This document shows, one piece after another, positions 5,908 through 10,223 of a DNA stretch of 10,223 nucleotides. Where the stretch lies: positions 3,411 to 13,633 of the forward strand of contig JBNJFI010000058.1 in NCBI GenBank assembly GCA_051746725.1, read 5' to 3'. Positions within the stretch are counted from its first letter, which is position 1; every line of letters begins with the position of its first letter. The position numbers and the translations under genes were made by a program. Source of the stretch: Fusobacteriota bacterium (GTDB lineage Bacteria; Fusobacteriota; Fusobacteriia; Fusobacteriales; JBNJFI01). The notes under the pieces were generated by a model. It worked only from the letters and a program-made list of their open reading frames with translations. It had not been told where the DNA came from and searched no databases.

Positions 5908-7115
5908 TCTTTTCTCATATTCTCAACAGGTTTTTTCCTAACTTCTGGTGTTATTGATCCAAAAGTTGCAATTAAAGATATAAATATCCCTAATAAAATT
6001 GCCTTCAATATAAGTAGATATGAGAAATCAGCATACACAACAGAAGTTACATTTACCTGATCAGATATATTTTCCAAAACATCTCCAATTATTATTCCAT
6101 TTTCCGAAAAGTAATATGATACCAATCCGCCTAGCAGACTTCCTGTCAAAGATCCAATCATCCCTATGGTAACACCTTCTATGCAAAAAAGAGATATAAT
6201 GCTACCATTTGTCATCCCGCTGGCTTTTAATATTCCAATCTCTTTTCTTCTTTCAAAAACAATCATCATCATAGTATTTGCTATACCAACTCCAGATAAA
6301 ACCCCTAGTATTCCAGCTAAGATACTACGAACAAAAGGAAGCGCCTTTGAAAAATAAGCATTAAAACCAACTTCCTTCCAAGATTGAATAAGATATGAAT
6401 CCTTATACTTTGAATTTAACTTTTTTGCTATTTGGGAGCTTTTACTTCTATCTTTTAAAAATAATAAATACTCAGAAACCTGTCCATCCATATCTAATAG
6501 ATATTGTGCTTCATCCAAGGTAATATAAATATTACGATTTAATCTGCTATTTTCCATTTTATAAAATCCAACTATTTCATAATTCATTGCTGATATAGAC
6601 CTATGTTGAGTTGAAGTAAGTACAGTAATTACATCTCCAAGATTTAAATTTAGCTCTTGGCGGATTTTATTTCCTACAATTATTTCTCCATTATTATTAT
6701 AATCTAAAAATCTACCTTTAAAAATATATTCCTTTAATCCAGAATATTCATAGTCCTCTTTTTGAATACCAAACCCAAGTGCTTTTTCCTCATCTTTTTC
6801 TCCGTATACAACGCCACCAAATTTTATTCTTCCTAGCCTCTGCTCCACGCCTTTTAAATCCTTAGTTATTTTTTCCATCTTTTTATAATTTACATTTGAT
6901 GAGGTATCCAAGGTTTTTTCTTTTAATTCATAATCATTTGCAGCTATTCGTATTTCTCCTGAAAGACGAACTCCTTCATTTATAAATAGATTGCTTACCC
7001 CTCCTATCCAACTAAGTCCAATTATAACACCAAAAATACCAATACAAACAACCATTGCTGTCAAAAAAGTTCTTTTCCAATTTCGAAATAAATTTCTAAA
7101 TGCCATTTTTATCAT
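5904..7115 (-). CDS. ABC transporter permease, LolC/E / FtsX-MacB type
   Basis: 403 aa. MAFRNLFRN..RT start, TM1, large periplasmic domain, NTMMMIVFERRKEIGILKASGM motif, three C-terminal TMs; AGGTGA SD overlapping the upstream stop. Confidence 0.95.
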   Translation of the reverse strand: MIKMAFRNLFRNWKRTFLTAMVVCIGIFGVIIGLSWIGGVSNLFINEGVRLSGEIRIAANDYELKEKTLDTSSNVNYKKMEKITKDLKGVEQRLGRIKFGGVVYGEKDEEKALGFGIQKEDYEYSGLKEYIFKGRFLDYNNNGEIIVGNKIRQELNLNLGDVITVLTSTQHRSISAMNYEIVGFYKMENSRLNRNIYITLDEAQYLLDMDGQVSEYLLFLKDRSKSSQIAKKLNSKYKDSYLIQSWKEVGFNAYFSKALPFVRSILAGILGVLSGVGIANTMMMIVFERRKEIGILKASGMTNGSIISLFCIEGVTIGMIGSLTGSLLGGLVSYYFSENGIIIGDVLENISDQVNVTSVVYADFSYLLILKAILLGIFISLIATFGSITPEVRKKPVENMRKE

Positions 7116-7125
7116 ATATATTCAC

Positions 7126-8313
7126 CTAATCCCTTATTGTTTTTATAGGATCCATTTTGCTCGCTCTGTATGCAGGATAAAAAGTTGCAATTATAGAAAT
7201 GAAAATACCAATAGAAAAATATCCTAAATTTCTCATTAAATCAAAATAGGTATACGTTCTATCTGCCAATGGAAAATTAACTCCTACAGTTTCTAAATCT
7301 GGCATTGGTATTCCATATTTTTCAAAGAAAAGAACGACTATCGACCCTATCAAAAAACCTATTCCACTTCCTATGACACCTACAACAAAGCCTTCTGCTA
7401 AAAAAAGTTTTAAAACATCTTTTTGAGTCATGCCGTTTGCCATCATTATACCAATCTCTTTTTTTCTTTCTAACATTACCATTAACATGGTATTCGTTAT
7501 CCCTACACCAGCCATTATCAAGATTGTAATACTGATAATTAAAAATACTCTTCCTCTTATTTTTATCATAGTCATTATATCTGACAATGATTCTTTCCAA
7601 TTTATAACTTCTACATCTATATTATTTAATGAGTCTATCTGATCATTTGAAATATCTGATAATACAGCTATATCATTTACATATTCACTAGAAGTAAATT
7701 CCTTTGCAAAATCTAAATTCAAAAAAACCACTTGACTATCTAAAAGAGGATTTCCAGTCTTTATTATTCCACCTACTTTTAAATCATGAGCATTTAAGGT
7801 TCCTTGACTTGTTCGTCCCATTATTGTTATAAAATCTCCTAATTTAATATTTAACAGATCTGCCAAATTACTTCCAATAACCATTTCCGAATCATCTTTC
7901 AAAAAAGATCCTTGGATAATATAATCCTCTCTTCGAAAAACTGTGTTTTCCATTTCAGGTATAACCCCAAGAAATTTCGACCTCATTTCATTTATTCCAT
8001 CTGTAATACTTCCGTTAAATACTACTCGTTTAGAATACTTATCATCTTCTAAAATTTTTTCCACTTTTTTGATATTATCTATCTCATAATCCAAAGGATC
8101 TTCCTCTTCCTTATTATTATAAAACCCTTTTTTATATGCTTTATTATATGAAACCTCTGTATCTATACTTAGATCTATCATCTGTCTTTCCATTCCTCTG
8201 TTAAATCCCTCTCCAAATATTGCTAAAAATATAGCAGTTATCATTGTTATAAGGGTTAATACTGTTCGAATTCTGTGACGGAATATATTCCTAAAAGCCA
8301 TCTTTAATATCAT
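7126..8313 (-). CDS. ABC transporter permease, LolC/E / FtsX-MacB type (start revised to 8313, 395 aa)
   Basis: MILKMAFRNIFRHRIRT; NTMLMVMLERKKEIGIMMANGM; YPAYRASKMDP C-terminus. ATG at 8313 follows the ATPase stop after a 1-nt gap and aligns with the paralogue's N-terminus. Confidence 0.95.
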   Translation of the reverse strand: MILKMAFRNIFRHRIRTVLTLITMITAIFLAIFGEGFNRGMERQMIDLSIDTEVSYNKAYKKGFYNNKEEEDPLDYEIDNIKKVEKILEDDKYSKRVVFNGSITDGINEMRSKFLGVIPEMENTVFRREDYIIQGSFLKDDSEMVIGSNLADLLNIKLGDFITIMGRTSQGTLNAHDLKVGGIIKTGNPLLDSQVVFLNLDFAKEFTSSEYVNDIAVLSDISNDQIDSLNNIDVEVINWKESLSDIMTMIKIRGRVFLIISITILIMAGVGITNTMLMVMLERKKEIGIMMANGMTQKDVLKLFLAEGFVVGVIGSGIGFLIGSIVVLFFEKYGIPMPDLETVGVNFPLADRTYTYFDLMRNLGYFSIGIFISIIATFYPAYRASKMDPIKTIRD

Positions 8314-8314
8314 A

Positions 8315-8992
8315 TTAATCACTCTCTTTTTCAAATTTTCCATCACGTATATGTATTACTCTATTTGCATATTCTATTATTTTAGTGTCATGTGAAGAAA
8401 ATATAAAAGTTACATTAAAATTTTCATTTAAGTTTTTCATTAGATCTAAAATATCCTCTCCTGTCTTGGTATCTAGATTTGCAGTGGGTTCATCAGCTAA
8501 AACTAAACTTGGATTTTTCACTAAAGCTCTTGCCACTGCAACTCTTTGTTGCTGACCTCCCGACATCTCTTTTGGTCTTCTATTTTTTAATTCCAAAATT
8601 CCAACTGCATCTAAAATTTCATCTACCTTCTTTTCTTTCTCTTTTTTGCTATATTTTTTTAAAAGATCCAGTGAAAACTCTACATTTTCAAAGGCAGTTA
8701 AAACTGGGATCAAATTAAAATCTTGAAATATAAATCCTATCTCCTGTCTTCTGAAAAGAGCAGCTTCTTTTATACTAAGATGAGATATATCTTTATCTTT
8801 TATAATGATACTACCACTTGTAGGGCTATCCATGGCTCCTATCATATTTAAAATTGTAGTTTTCCCTGAACCAGAAGGACCTGAAATTACAGTAAATTCA
8901 CCTTTTTTGATACTCAAATTCATATCATCAACAGCACGCACCTTTATTTTTCCATTATAATAATCCTTTACAACGTTTTCTAAGGTTACCAT
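8315..8992 (-). CDS. ABC transporter ATP-binding protein, LolD/MacB subfamily
   Basis: 225 aa. Walker A GPSGSGKT, Q-loop GFIFQ, signature MSGGQQQR, Walker B VLADEPTANLD, H-loop SSHD; AGGAGGT SD overlapping the upstream stop. Confidence 0.97.
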   Translation of the reverse strand: MVTLENVVKDYYNGKIKVRAVDDMNLSIKKGEFTVISGPSGSGKTTILNMIGAMDSPTSGSIIIKDKDISHLSIKEAALFRRQEIGFIFQDFNLIPVLTAFENVEFSLDLLKKYSKKEKEKKVDEILDAVGILELKNRRPKEMSGGQQQRVAVARALVKNPSLVLADEPTANLDTKTGEDILDLMKNLNENFNVTFIFSSHDTKIIEYANRVIHIRDGKFEKESD

Positions 8993-9001
8993 TTTTACCT
9001 C

Positions 9002-9931
9002 CTAAAAATATGTTTTCACAGTCACTTTTATCTCATCAGTAGCCAATTTTTCCGTTGGTAATGGAATACTTTCAGTATTTATATTTGAAATTTTATTATA
9101 TTTAAAAGTTAAATCAATATAATTATTAAGTAGATATTTTATATAATTACTACTGAAATATCCATTTTCGTCTGGCAAATATATCAATGATTGTGAAAAA
9201 GTTAAAAGTTCATCCCATTGATAATCATATTTAAAATAACTTAATATTTTATCTTGATCTTTTCTATAATAATTTTCATTCATAAGATATAATACTCTAT
9301 CAAAAATTTCATAGGAATAATCTAATCCCAAAACTGTATCATCATTTTCTGAGTTCCATTGACCCCATATTCCTATTCCTAGATTTCCCTTTGCTTCTAA
9401 TATAAAATTATTTTCATTTCCAAAAAAGTTTCCCATTAATTCCCAATTTGAAACTAAAGTAGTATACCTAAAACCATAATCAATCTCATTTGTATTTTGA
9501 TTCTTATAAGCTAAGCCTTCTAAACGAGATAAATCCCCAATATCGTATCGTAATATAAAAGAACTTAATCCCTGGCTTTCTGCTTTAGGATCCTCTGGGT
9601 TAGGTATCTTGAAATTTGAATTTGAAAGATTAAAAAGATAACCTGAACCCCAAGATATCTTTTGTTTCCCAATCCCAATAGTTGCTTTACCTTGGTAATA
9701 TTCCAAAAAAGATTTATAAATAGATATCTCATTGGTAATGTCATCTCCATATAAAACAATTTTTGTTACGTAATCTATATCACTGGATTTAATAGAAATT
9801 TTCCCTTTGTTATATAAATCCTCATTTGTAAAATCCTTTAAAACCAAAGTATTTTCAAGCTCTCCTGTTATATCTACTGCAAATAATGAAATTGATGATA
9901 TGAGAAATATCAAAAAAGTTATTTTCTTCAT
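9002..9931 (-). CDS. Exported hypothetical protein, probable outer-membrane beta-barrel
   Basis: 309 aa. Sec signal peptide (MKKITFLIFLISSISLFA); IGKQKISWGSG motif; amphipathic aromatic-rich strands; C-terminal VTVKTYF resembling a BAM beta-signal; AAGGAGGG SD at 9936-9943. Confidence 0.75.
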   Translation of the reverse strand: MKKITFLIFLISSISLFAVDITGELENTLVLKDFTNEDLYNKGKISIKSSDIDYVTKIVLYGDDITNEISIYKSFLEYYQGKATIGIGKQKISWGSGYLFNLSNSNFKIPNPEDPKAESQGLSSFILRYDIGDLSRLEGLAYKNQNTNEIDYGFRYTTLVSNWELMGNFFGNENNFILEAKGNLGIGIWGQWNSENDDTVLGLDYSYEIFDRVLYLMNENYYRKDQDKILSYFKYDYQWDELLTFSQSLIYLPDENGYFSSNYIKYLLNNYIDLTFKYNKISNINTESIPLPTEKLATDEIKVTVKTYF

Positions 9932-9976
9932 TTTGCCCTCCTTATTTTAGTATAAAACTATTTATCTCCTACTTAA

Positions 9977-10005
9977 CTTATACTTTATTTTTAACTAACT
10001 GTCAA
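9977..10005 (-). promoter_or_regulatory. Sigma70-type promoter for the transport module
   Basis: Perfect TTGACA (10000-10005), 17-nt spacer, TATAAG (9977-9982); downstream of a terminator and about 45 nt upstream of the ATG. Confidence 0.65.
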
Positions 10006-10102
10006 TAAAAATCTCACTCTGTAATCAAAATAAATTAAAACAAAATAAGCCTTAACTTTTTCTAGGTAATCTATGAAAAATTTTTAACTTATATTTTATT
10101 AG

Positions 10103-10151
10103 ATAATAAAATAAGCACCTAGATAAGAAAGTTCTATCTAAGTGCTTATTT
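10103..10151 (-). terminator. Intrinsic terminator of the upstream minus-strand unit
   Basis: AAATAAGCAC-C-TAGATA (10109-10125) / TATCTA-A-GTGCTTATTT (10135-10151). The single mismatch is a U-G wobble only in minus-strand RNA, and the stem runs into UUAUUUUAUUAU. Confidence 0.85.
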
Positions 10152-10178
10152 AATTTTTTTATTTTTCCAGTTGATATA

Positions 10179-10223
10179 TTAAAACATCATCATATGTATT
10201 AATCCTACTAAACTATATTCAAT
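10179..10223 (-). CDS. Possible 3' end of an upstream gene (frame uncertain)
   Basis: The only minus frame open to the edge reads IEYSLVGLIHMMMF* and is followed by a minus-strand terminator. Too short to identify. Confidence 0.3.
   Translation of the reverse strand: MEYSLVGLIHMMMF

Noticed and set aside
6166..6357. 63-aa plus-strand ORF resembling the ORF at 7430-7642
   Set aside because: Both are antisense to the conserved ERxKEIG motif of the paralogous permeases, which explains the similarity.
6991..7227. 78-aa plus-strand ORF
   Set aside because: Antisense across two well-supported permease genes; no recognisable features.
7322..7642. 92-aa minus alternative-frame ORF and 70-aa plus ORF
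   Set aside because: Wholly inside the permease CDS with atypical composition.
8314..8346. ORF-track start of the permease at 8346
   Set aside because: Overlaps the ATPase by 32 nt; ATG at 8313 is coupled to the ATPase stop and matches the paralogue.
8479..8718. 79-aa plus-strand ORF
   Set aside because: Antisense to the conserved ABC ATPase core.
5904..8992. Assigning gene symbols lolC/lolD/lolE or macB
   Set aside because: Family is clear but orthology to the housekeeping systems cannot be shown from sequence alone.
9565..9759. 64-aa minus alternative-frame ORF
   Set aside because: Nested in the barrel gene; no independent support.
1..10223. CRISPR array, tRNA/rRNA, riboswitch, intact transposase or integrase
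   Set aside because: No spaced direct repeats, RNA-gene signatures or recombinase ORFs seen; the hairpins are unrelated to one another in sequence.

Overview
AT-rich bacterial window in which all real genes lie on the minus strand, with strong AGGAGG-type Shine-Dalgarno sites and sigma70-type promoters. An outer-membrane barrel and a LolA-like protein point to a low-GC diderm (Fusobacteriota-like is a guess). Reading in transcription order (right to left): a terminator; a five-gene envelope transport module (probable outer-membrane beta-barrel, LolD/MacB-type ABC ATPase, two LolC/E/FtsX-type permeases, LolA-like sorting protein); a multidomain GH13 amylase-family lipoprotein; a lipoprotein fusing a glycogen-binding E-set/CBM48-like domain to a cysteine-dependent (HCX5R) phosphatase; a terminator; and a separately promoted hypothetical lipoprotein cut by the left edge and absent from the ORF track. 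The most notable item is the CBM-phosphatase beside an amylase, a candidate bacterial extracytoplasmic analogue of the laforin/SEX4 glucan phosphatases. The 211-bp gap inside the transport module is a mobile-DNA scar: the 3' tail of a DUF559-type endonuclease gene, a BoxC/REP-like GC-rich repeat and a possible solo IS end. All family calls come from motif recognition; no searches were run.
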